This document shows positions 19,392-27,373 of a stretch of 47,586 bases of DNA, one piece after another (positions within the stretch are counted from its first letter, which is position 1; each line of letters starts with the position of its first letter). The notes under the pieces were generated by a model. The model was not told where the DNA came from. It saw nothing but the letters and a program-made list of their open reading frames with translations, and did no database searches. Source of the stretch: an uncultured Candidatus Saccharibacteria bacterium (GTDB lineage Bacteria > Patescibacteriota > Saccharimonadia > Saccharimonadales > Saccharimonadaceae); contig CAUROB010000001.1 of NCBI GenBank assembly GCA_963526655.1, positions 1 through 47,586 of the forward strand, given 5' to 3'. A program made the position numbers and the translations under genes.

Positions 19392-20630
19392 CTAGGTTTT
19401 GTTTGATTGAATGACGCGAACCAAGATATTACCTGGTTGAGTGAGTTGATAGTCAACAGATCCTTGCTTGATGAATATCGGTACTGTATCTCCAAGGGAG
19501 GCATTAGCGGCGACGTAACCTCCACCGACGTCACCAGTGTAAATCAAAGTATGTCCGTAGCCACCATGGCTTGGGTGGAGGAGGATATCACCTGGCTGCA
19601 AGTCTGAAGCAGATGGACGATCGATGATTTTGAATTTTTCTGGATGAGATTTTACATAAGAATATTGTGCTGTAGTGCCAATCGGTTCATAATCTTTATC
19701 TGCACCAGAAGTACGCAGCACCGTCGCTACAAATCTACCGCAGTCACTGTCTGAACTACCGACGACACTTGGGTTATTCTTTTTGACTGCATCGATATAT
19801 TCAGCCTTAGCCGTCTGGTTATTAGCCCCTTTGTCAGTATTTGGATTCCACGCCAACTGCTTGGCTGTATCGACGATGCTCTGCCCGGCGACACTAGATC
19901 CATTACCACTACAACCAGTTGCTGATGCTGAACTAATTTGTGCACCGCTCGAATCACCACCGGCGCTTGCCGCGATTTTCGATGGATCGCCGTCTTGGAT
20001 TTTACCGTTGTAGCTATTGAAAATCTCAGAAGCATACTGGGCACGGTTACCTTCTTCGCCTGCACCATACCGCTCAAACGTTTCACCAAACTCAACTGCC
20101 AAAGCGCTGACACCACCACCCGATTTGTCAGTGTGTTTAAGTAGCACCTTTAGACCAGCATTTTCTGCTCCGTTTAGCTCCTCCCAGAGGTATTCTAATT
20201 GCCCCTCGATGGTACTGTAATTTGGCTTCTTCTCTAGGTTGGTGCGGCGTCCACCCAGCCACTGAGCGATGCCGAAGGCACCGATACTGTTGAGCGCGCT
20301 CGGGTCAATGCGAGATTCCTGCTGGAGGTTACCAGCCACCGCTGCTGCTTGTACTAACGTTAGACCTTTGCCGGTAAAAAACTTAAGAACTTTTTCTACG
20401 TTTTCACCAGAAAGTTCACCAGTCGCGGTATTTTGGGTTGAGCAGATTTGACCGTTTGGATTGTTGATATTTATGTCGTTTAGAATGTAATCTTTATAGG
20501 GGATACCAGCCGGCTGATTCTTCTTTTCTTCTTCTTTTTTGTCTTTTTCTGGTGCTGCTGAAGAATTGGCGGTCAAAAATATCATACAACCCACCAAAGC
20601 TAATAGTAGACCGATAGTTACTCGTTTCAT
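19392..20630 (-). CDS. Secreted peptidoglycan hydrolase: phage-tail-type lysozyme + CHAP/NlpC-P60 domain (VirB1-like)
   Basis: Signal peptide MKRVTIGLLL; AAAVAGNLQQES..GIAQW..GRR lysozyme motif; DCGRFV, LQPGDIL, GHTLIY Cys-His dyad; ATGA overlap with upstream gene. Confidence 0.85.
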   Translation of the reverse strand: MKRVTIGLLLALVGCMIFLTANSSAAPEKDKKEEEKKNQPAGIPYKDYILNDININNPNGQICSTQNTATGELSGENVEKVLKFFTGKGLTLVQAAAVAGNLQQESRIDPSALNSIGAFGIAQWLGGRRTNLEKKPNYSTIEGQLEYLWEELNGAENAGLKVLLKHTDKSGGGVSALAVEFGETFERYGAGEEGNRAQYASEIFNSYNGKIQDGDPSKIAASAGGDSSGAQISSASATGCSGNGSSVAGQSIVDTAKQLAWNPNTDKGANNQTAKAEYIDAVKKNNPSVVGSSDSDCGRFVATVLRTSGADKDYEPIGTTAQYSYVKSHPEKFKIIDRPSASDLQPGDILLHPSHGGYGHTLIYTGDVGGGYVAANASLGDTVPIFIKQGSVDYQLTQPGNILVRVIQSNKT

Positions 20631-23600
20631 TGTACTCTCCTTGCGTAGTCCCAGTGCCACGGCTCATCCCTATACCAGTCAGGGTTACTATGATCCCATG
20701 CCCATGGTGGGTTGACAAAGCCGTATTTCGAGGCATTTGCTTTTAGCCATAGGAATGTTGGCGTATTGAAACTAGTGCCACCGACGTTAATATCTAGGGC
20801 TAGTCCATGACCATGTTTTGAGGTTCCTGCAGGAGCCATTGTAGTACCATCTGCTACATAACTCTGCTGTGTTGCTAAATCTCGGTATGATTCTTGAATT
20901 GTCATATACTGGCCACCATGCTCTTTGGCGTAAAGCTCATTTAGGGCGTCAAAAGCTTGGGCGGCTTTTGGATGCATGTAATGTCCTGGTGCGGTTTTTA
21001 GTTCACCCATGGCTGATAGCGGAATTTCACCATTTCTATATCCACCCCATGACGCAGGATCCTTACCAAAAGTCTGTGCTTCTTCCAGTTCTGGCGGACC
21101 GATAGCATCACCAACCGGTCCGCTATTTGGCTGTTGTGCCCCAGTGTTGGCTGATGGATCATCAATTTCTTTTGGATAATATTTACCTTCTTTGTCGTCC
21201 GCCATCAAGGCCAGGTTGCCAGCTACGGTTAATTCCAAGGCACATGGATCGGCCACACTGTACGTCGGGACTAAGTCGCCTTCATGAATCCCATAGCTCG
21301 CTTCACGCTCTTTGGCTTTGGTTGAACAGACAGCATCGGTGTACTGACTTGGATCGGCTTTATATACCGCTTCATCACTAAAGCCATGCCATGTCACGCC
21401 GAAAGCTCGCATAACAGCCGCTTGATCATATTTGGCGGCATGAGTGTTGGCTGGTGTAATAGCGGACGCCAGAGCGACTGGTGCGCGTGCGATTAATCGC
21501 ATGGTTGAAAAACCGGAAGTTGGCATAACGGCTAGTAATTGTCCAGCCACTGAACGCTTAAGTGTTGGGTCAAATAACTTCGCCATGAGTGGTTGTTCGC
21601 GGAACTCTTCGTCACGCTCTTGCTCAATCTGTTTTGCGAGCACACTGACTTGCTGGTTGGTGAGGCGTGCCCCACCAATGCCGTCTGGCTGTTTAGATCC
21701 TGAATCGGCGCCAGCTTGTCCAGCTTCAGTACTACTTTGCATAGTTGTTGTCAGTCCGCCGTGTAGAGCTTCAAAGTTATTGTTACCCGGCGCGTCAACC
21801 CCCACCTCTGGTATACCGAACAGCAAACTCACTGCCCAACCCATAGCTTTTTCGATCAAGCCTTCAGAGAGTTCAACCAGCTGCTTCAATCCTGGTAGTT
21901 CCTGTAAATAACTAAAGAACCAGCTAAATACCTTGCCGACTGTGTCGCCAACAAAGTCGATGATCGCGCCGAACGTACTATTCCAGGCTTCAGCTATCCC
22001 GGCCAACACTTGCCAGACAGGATATTTCGTAAAGGTAGTGTAGTCCTTAACAATCTTTTTTTCTGGACAGACAAGCTCACCGGGATCTAAGGCAACCACC
22101 TTTTCTTCACCACCAACCTCGCATTTGGTGCGAATACCACCGTCCTCGGCGTAAGCTGTTGGATATAGTAGTGAAGCTGCAGTGTTATTACCGCCAAACG
22201 TCGCTTGGAATATTGGTGCTGCTTCGGCGCCGTCAAATAGCGAGGTTGCTAACTCAACATGTTGAATATTATCAATCGTTCCCGCCCGAATTTGATCTCG
22301 CGTCAAGACCGGACTAGCTTCTTCATCATAAGTGAACGCGGTGTACAACTGCTTCTTTTGGTCAGCTCCGACAATTTCGATAATCTTTTCATTAACCGCT
22401 CCAACAATCTTCGCAACCAAATCAATTGCTCCAATAATGGCGTTTGCAGCTGCTATTTTCTTAAACAATTGTTTACTGATAATTTTACCTAGTGGTGTGT
22501 CCGGTGCTGCTTTGGACAGAGAGTCGATATTATTAAGAGCTTCTTTTTGGCCTTTAACTTTCTTCACCTTTTCATCAGCTTTTGTTTTATTGTCACCTGT
22601 CGCTTTTTCAGCCTCTTTTTCTGCTTCGCTAATCTTACTATCAAGGTCGTTATTTAATTTATCTAATGTGTCTTGGCATTTTTTAGCGTCAGTACCATCC
22701 AAACATCCTAAATACGCTGCAAAACGAGGCGACATTTTAGCGGTGATACGCGTATTCATATTTAGCTTGATCTTAGCCTTAAAGTCAGCATATTTCTGAC
22801 CAGCTTTCTCCGGTATGATGTTAAACTTTTTCACACCGTATTTTCGGTACAATACACGTTTAGACAGATAGCGCATGAAGTAGTTGCGCCCATGGACTTT
22901 ACGTGTCATCTTTTTGATATGACGACGCATATCTTTGTGAGATAATTCCTTTTCTACCCCCTGCAGGACAGAGTTCATATCTTTTGACTCAAGATGCATG
23001 GTAAATGAGGTCGCCTTACCACCCAGGGTGTTTCTACCGCTCGCATTAAAGACGGCCTTAACGTTTCTTCCTTCTTTTTCAAATTTAGCATCAAGCTGTT
23101 CTTCAAACCACGTGCTGTATTTTGTAGCTCCCAGGTGACACAAAACACCACCGCCAGCACAAAACACGAGATTGGCGTCGCCAGGATATGCGGTTTGCAT
23201 CATTTTCATGGCGACCCAACGAGTGGTGATATACTCGAGTCGTTGGTTGATGGCGTGCTGTGGCACAGAGCTGAGCTGGTCGGTGATGGTGGAGACCATG
23301 GCATCAAGCTTATATGGCAAAATTGTGAAAAATAACATCATTAAGCCAAACAACCCTCCACCGATACCGGCTGTAGCGCCCCATTTTCTACGATTCATAT
23401 TTGCCAAGAGGTTACCACGCTTTTTACCGCCGGCCTTACCTAAAGGTGATCGAGAATACAACTGTTCTTGACTATTAACACTGTCCGCGGCGTTGAGTCC
23501 GTCGTCTTTCTTGTCGCCATCATAAAAATTATCATTGGTGGCATTATTCTCCATGGAGTTCAGATATTTAGACGTTTGTCCAGAGGCCGGATTGAGCCGT

Positions 23601-23641
23601 TCATCAACATCTGGATCGGTCGTATAATCAATCCGCGCCAT
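20627..23641 (-). CDS. Large membrane-associated T4SS-linked protein with C-terminal M15 (VanY/LdcB-type) Zn peptidase domain
   Basis: SYRD..Q, SKHGHGLALD and EPWHW motifs at C-terminus; TM near residue 90-110; coiled coil mid-protein. Confidence 0.8.
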   Translation of the reverse strand: MARIDYTTDPDVDERLNPASGQTSKYLNSMENNATNDNFYDGDKKDDGLNAADSVNSQEQLYSRSPLGKAGGKKRGNLLANMNRRKWGATAGIGGGLFGLMMLFFTILPYKLDAMVSTITDQLSSVPQHAINQRLEYITTRWVAMKMMQTAYPGDANLVFCAGGGVLCHLGATKYSTWFEEQLDAKFEKEGRNVKAVFNASGRNTLGGKATSFTMHLESKDMNSVLQGVEKELSHKDMRRHIKKMTRKVHGRNYFMRYLSKRVLYRKYGVKKFNIIPEKAGQKYADFKAKIKLNMNTRITAKMSPRFAAYLGCLDGTDAKKCQDTLDKLNNDLDSKISEAEKEAEKATGDNKTKADEKVKKVKGQKEALNNIDSLSKAAPDTPLGKIISKQLFKKIAAANAIIGAIDLVAKIVGAVNEKIIEIVGADQKKQLYTAFTYDEEASPVLTRDQIRAGTIDNIQHVELATSLFDGAEAAPIFQATFGGNNTAASLLYPTAYAEDGGIRTKCEVGGEEKVVALDPGELVCPEKKIVKDYTTFTKYPVWQVLAGIAEAWNSTFGAIIDFVGDTVGKVFSWFFSYLQELPGLKQLVELSEGLIEKAMGWAVSLLFGIPEVGVDAPGNNNFEALHGGLTTTMQSSTEAGQAGADSGSKQPDGIGGARLTNQQVSVLAKQIEQERDEEFREQPLMAKLFDPTLKRSVAGQLLAVMPTSGFSTMRLIARAPVALASAITPANTHAAKYDQAAVMRAFGVTWHGFSDEAVYKADPSQYTDAVCSTKAKEREASYGIHEGDLVPTYSVADPCALELTVAGNLALMADDKEGKYYPKEIDDPSANTGAQQPNSGPVGDAIGPPELEEAQTFGKDPASWGGYRNGEIPLSAMGELKTAPGHYMHPKAAQAFDALNELYAKEHGGQYMTIQESYRDLATQQSYVADGTTMAPAGTSKHGHGLALDINVGGTSFNTPTFLWLKANASKYGFVNPPWAWDHSNPDWYRDEPWHWDYARRVQ

Positions 23642-23643
23642 GA

Positions 23644-25485
23644 TTATACTGCTCCATATCCACCAATTGGTGTTTCAGACGGAAGTTGTTGTTTCACGGG
23701 TGAAGTATTGATTAGATCATACTCAGTATCACTGGCCTGAATCTGGATATGTACGTGGTTTTGTCCAGCAAAGAACAGCCCCTGCCCAACTGGGAAATTC
23801 GCTAGGCGTTTCTGCTCTTCCTCGGTTAACTTAAACACACTAGAAAGCACATCAACGGCACTTGAGGATTGTTTAAGGAGTAGCTGCATGGATGAGTTGG
23901 CGACGATAGCGCGGCCCATTTTACTGCCCACAAAGTCCTCGACGTCCTGGGTGATGGTGGTAAGTCCTAGTTGATATTTTCGGGCTCGCTTCGCCAGGCT
24001 AAATAAGAAGCTAGCTGAGTCTTCATATTTCATCAACTGCCATGCCTCGTCAACGATCAACATACGTTTCTTCTGGTCAGTTCGAGTGATGTTCCAGATG
24101 TGATTTAGTACAATATACATAGCTGTTGGGCGCAGTTCGTCTTCTAGGTCTCGGATATTAAAGACCACCATGGCGTTATTGATATCGATATTACTCTGCT
24201 GACTGAAAATACCAGCAAAGGTACCTGAAGTAAATTTACGCAGACGCTGTGCTAACTGTGGACCAGTGCCGCCCATGTGTAGTAATGTATCGTACAAATC
24301 ATGAATGGTTGGCGGTGTTGAATTGTGGGTCAATGGATCTGATGTGATACCAACACGAGCGTAGGTGTCGATCAACGCCTGGTCGATATCTGCTTCCTCT
24401 GCCGCGGTCAGTCCGATAGAACCAGCCACTGAACCGCCCAGCATTTGACGCAACAAACCGTGCAGCGTAACTAGGTTGGCGCGTAACGCGTCGTCTGCTT
24501 CTTCGGTGTCGATCACTCGTGGCAGATCAAATGGATTGATGCGCGTGTCACTATTCAAACTCAAGCGTATATGACTACCACCCACGGCGTCACATAGCTT
24601 TTGATACTCATTTTCCGGGTCGATGATAACGATGTCAGCACCAATCATCATACTACGCAGCGCTTCCAGTTTCACGGTAAATGACTTACCAGCACCAGAC
24701 TTTGCAAACACCACCATGTTGGCATTTTCTAGAGAAAATCGGTCAAAGATCACCAAACCATTGTTGTGCATATTGATGCCGTACAGCACACCCTTGCCGT
24801 CAGTGAGGTCAGCAGAGGTGAATGGGAAGCTGGTGGAAATGGCACCAGTGTTCATGTTGCGGCGGATTTGCAATTGGTCCATCAACTGAGGAATGGTGCT
24901 GTTTAGTCCCTGTTCTTGCTGGTTTGACGCTACTTTACTAAAGATAAGCTGCTGACCAAAGATTGTTTCAATTTTGTGTTGAATAAAATTCAACTCATCA
25001 AGGCTGTCGGCATAAATCGTCACATATAACCCATAACGGAAGAATTTTTCTGACCCAATCTGCAGCTGGTTACGCAGCTCTTCGGCGTCCTGCAAGGCAG
25101 CTTCCATGGCTGGGTCACGCACACGTCCCTTCTCTGCGTTGATATTCATACTAGCTTCCAGCTGAGTCACTTTTTTACGCAAATTGTTCAGCACCACCTG
25201 AGTGTCGACTGGGTAGATAAACATGCTGATATCCAACACCTCGTCGATATTAATCACTGAACTCAACCAACCAGTGTAAATTTCACGAGGATAACCATAG
25301 ACGTAGATGGTGCGACCATACTTGGCACCCAGTCGGAAATAGCTCGCTTGAATTTCCACACTACTTGGTGCAATAAAGTCGCGCAAAGTTCTCACACCGG
25401 TCAAGAAGGCTTGCTCGACTTCGGCCTGTTCGCGAGCACGCTGTTGAGCGGCAATGTCGATGGCGTCTAGTTTTTTCTTAGCCAT
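23644..25485 (-). CDS. virB4: VirB4-like type IV secretion ATPase
   Basis: Walker A AKSGAGKS, IDPENEY, INPFDL, Walker B MLIVDEAW, RARKY, ITQD. Confidence 0.9.
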   Translation of the reverse strand: MAKKKLDAIDIAAQQRAREQAEVEQAFLTGVRTLRDFIAPSSVEIQASYFRLGAKYGRTIYVYGYPREIYTGWLSSVINIDEVLDISMFIYPVDTQVVLNNLRKKVTQLEASMNINAEKGRVRDPAMEAALQDAEELRNQLQIGSEKFFRYGLYVTIYADSLDELNFIQHKIETIFGQQLIFSKVASNQQEQGLNSTIPQLMDQLQIRRNMNTGAISTSFPFTSADLTDGKGVLYGINMHNNGLVIFDRFSLENANMVVFAKSGAGKSFTVKLEALRSMMIGADIVIIDPENEYQKLCDAVGGSHIRLSLNSDTRINPFDLPRVIDTEEADDALRANLVTLHGLLRQMLGGSVAGSIGLTAAEEADIDQALIDTYARVGITSDPLTHNSTPPTIHDLYDTLLHMGGTGPQLAQRLRKFTSGTFAGIFSQQSNIDINNAMVVFNIRDLEDELRPTAMYIVLNHIWNITRTDQKKRMLIVDEAWQLMKYEDSASFLFSLAKRARKYQLGLTTITQDVEDFVGSKMGRAIVANSSMQLLLKQSSSAVDVLSSVFKLTEEEQKRLANFPVGQGLFFAGQNHVHIQIQASDTEYDLINTSPVKQQLPSETPIGGYGAV

Positions 25486-26411
25486 TAGAAATCTCCTCCA
25501 TATGGTGATTCACCATTTCCCTTGCGGATATAAGTCGTCGTCAGATCATTTGGGTTGCGTACTAATGGCTGACGTGCTGCAGTATCAGGATTATAAGAAA
25601 TATAGAACAATTCTCCAAGCTGCCTGGTATTAAGTTGTAAACTCTTCACACCCATGGCAAATAAACCGTTCATTACCGTGTCGATACGGTTTTTGATTTC
25701 ATCTTTTGCCTTCTCGTACATTGGCTGATCAATCCTGGTGATCAATGTTTCCTTTTTGCCGCTAAAGAAACTATCAAACAGACCCTTCGCTTGCTGCTTC
25801 ATAGCATTAACATCGCCACCAGGAAAATACGGTACTACGATGAAAAAGCGCTTGTCCATAATGTTTGCCTCTTGTGATAACACCTCTATGAAGTTCATAT
25901 AGTCATCCATCAACACATTTAGTAACATATTGTCCTGAGAGCGGCGAATGTGTGACAATCGATCCAGATATGGGCCAATATCAACGCGCTGTGACCGTAC
26001 CAGGATCTGAACCGGGAAATAGAGCGAGTTGAGTAGGTTTTGATAGCTAAATTCAATAGCCTCTCGCTCACGGGTACTCATCAAGTCAAAGTTGATGGAT
26101 TGACATTCTATTACCGCTCGAAAACTACCATCGCTCATAATGATCATATTTTCGCGCATCTCTGAAAATAGCAACGTATTTTGTGTACTGATGGCGCTCT
26201 TTTTATCTTTCGGAGTTGGTGGAGTTTGCGGATTTGGAGCTGGTTGACCAGGCTGAGTCATACCGGGCTGCATTGGTGGCATCGGCTGACCAGGTTGTGG
26301 TTGCTGTGGTTGTGGTTGTGGTGGTAAAGCTTGGCTGGGCTGCCCAGAAACAACCGGCGGTGTCGTCGGGTTGGGTGGTAGTTGGTATGGTTGTTGATTA
26401 TCTGGTTGCAT
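25485..26411 (-). CDS. T4SS protein resembling a detached VirB4/TraC N-terminal region, with Pro/Gln-rich N-terminus
   Basis: DGSFRAVIECQSINFDLMS..E and KRFFIVVPY; translationally coupled to virB4. Confidence 0.65.
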   Translation of the reverse strand: MQPDNQQPYQLPPNPTTPPVVSGQPSQALPPQPQPQQPQPGQPMPPMQPGMTQPGQPAPNPQTPPTPKDKKSAISTQNTLLFSEMRENMIIMSDGSFRAVIECQSINFDLMSTREREAIEFSYQNLLNSLYFPVQILVRSQRVDIGPYLDRLSHIRRSQDNMLLNVLMDDYMNFIEVLSQEANIMDKRFFIVVPYFPGGDVNAMKQQAKGLFDSFFSGKKETLITRIDQPMYEKAKDEIKNRIDTVMNGLFAMGVKSLQLNTRQLGELFYISYNPDTAARQPLVRNPNDLTTTYIRKGNGESPYGGDF

Positions 26412-26418
26412 TTCCCAC

Positions 26419-27348
26419 CTAACGTAGTGAAATCACCACTTCCTCCTCAGCTGTTTCCTCTGAGCGTTTATGTATCCGATCTGCTTCTTTTTGTAGGGTC
26501 GCTATGGAAAGATCGGAATGATTATTTGCCAAATCTATTATACCAGGGTCAATAGGCTGTTGTATAGGTTGATTTTGGTCGGCTGGCGGGGTGGTGGCAG
26601 GTCGCTCCCCTGCTGGAGATAAGACACCCTGGCGCATGTGAGGATATGGATTGACTGTTAATTTTGGCACGTCTTCCTCCTGTGCAGCCATGAAGACTGC
26701 TGGTTGAGCTGGTGGCTGTGCTGCTGGTGTTTGAGGTTTTTGCATGCGCTGCATCAACTCTTCTCGTCGCTGCTGGTCGGTCTCAGCGATCATATCGGCA
26801 ATTTGTCGTGAGGTAGTATTACCCCGGTCTAAAATGTCTTCCTCTGCCTGAACGGCGGTGTTATAAAAATCAGCCTGTAGTGAACTGGCGGTGTCCAAGT
26901 TACCCGTCGCTTCTGGGTTACCAACACCACGGACTGACCAACCATGAGTGTCGACGATATTGGCCAGATATGACAATCGTCGCTGGATTTCTCGTTGATC
27001 ATAGTTTTTACTCAGGTTTTCTTCCTTAGTTTTTGGTGCCACCACTTCTATCAGCGTCTCTACTCCGTCTGGTTCCCAGAGGCGAACACGTGGTTTTAAA
27101 AAGAACGATATCACCGCTGCGATATATATTTCCATCGGCTGTTCCTTGCGCAATGGTAAGGCTAATACGGTGAAAAACACCCCAAACGGCAAAGGAATGA
27201 TTGCCAGTGGCAACAAAGCAACTCCCAGCGCCCACGCTATACCAAAAAAGCCCACCGCGATGATGAGAAACACAAATTGCTTAAAACTGAACGGCCCAAG
27301 CAGCTTATCTTCTGCTTCCACATCCTGGGGCACTCTATACACAGCCAT
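26419..27348 (-). CDS. PrgI-family (VirB3-like) membrane protein with long C-terminal tail
   Basis: YRVPQDVEAEDKLLGPFSFKQF followed by two TM helices. Confidence 0.85.
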   Translation of the reverse strand: MAVYRVPQDVEAEDKLLGPFSFKQFVFLIIAVGFFGIAWALGVALLPLAIIPLPFGVFFTVLALPLRKEQPMEIYIAAVISFFLKPRVRLWEPDGVETLIEVVAPKTKEENLSKNYDQREIQRRLSYLANIVDTHGWSVRGVGNPEATGNLDTASSLQADFYNTAVQAEEDILDRGNTTSRQIADMIAETDQQRREELMQRMQKPQTPAAQPPAQPAVFMAAQEEDVPKLTVNPYPHMRQGVLSPAGERPATTPPADQNQPIQQPIDPGIIDLANNHSDLSIATLQKEADRIHKRSEETAEEEVVISLR

Positions 27349-27373
27349 ATGATACTAGTATAGCAAAGATAGC

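Noticed and set aside
19392..20630. Prophage, suggested by the phage-tail lysozyme domain
   Set aside because: No capsid, terminase, portal or integrase genes; the domain has a signal peptide and T4SS context
20627..21150. Vancomycin-resistance vanY gene
   Set aside because: Only a terminal domain of a 1004-aa protein; no vanHAX or vanRS nearby
26216..26405. ggttgt/ggttgc short tandem repeats
   Set aside because: Imperfect codon repeats of the Pro/Gln-rich N-terminus; not CRISPR or a clear phase-variation tract
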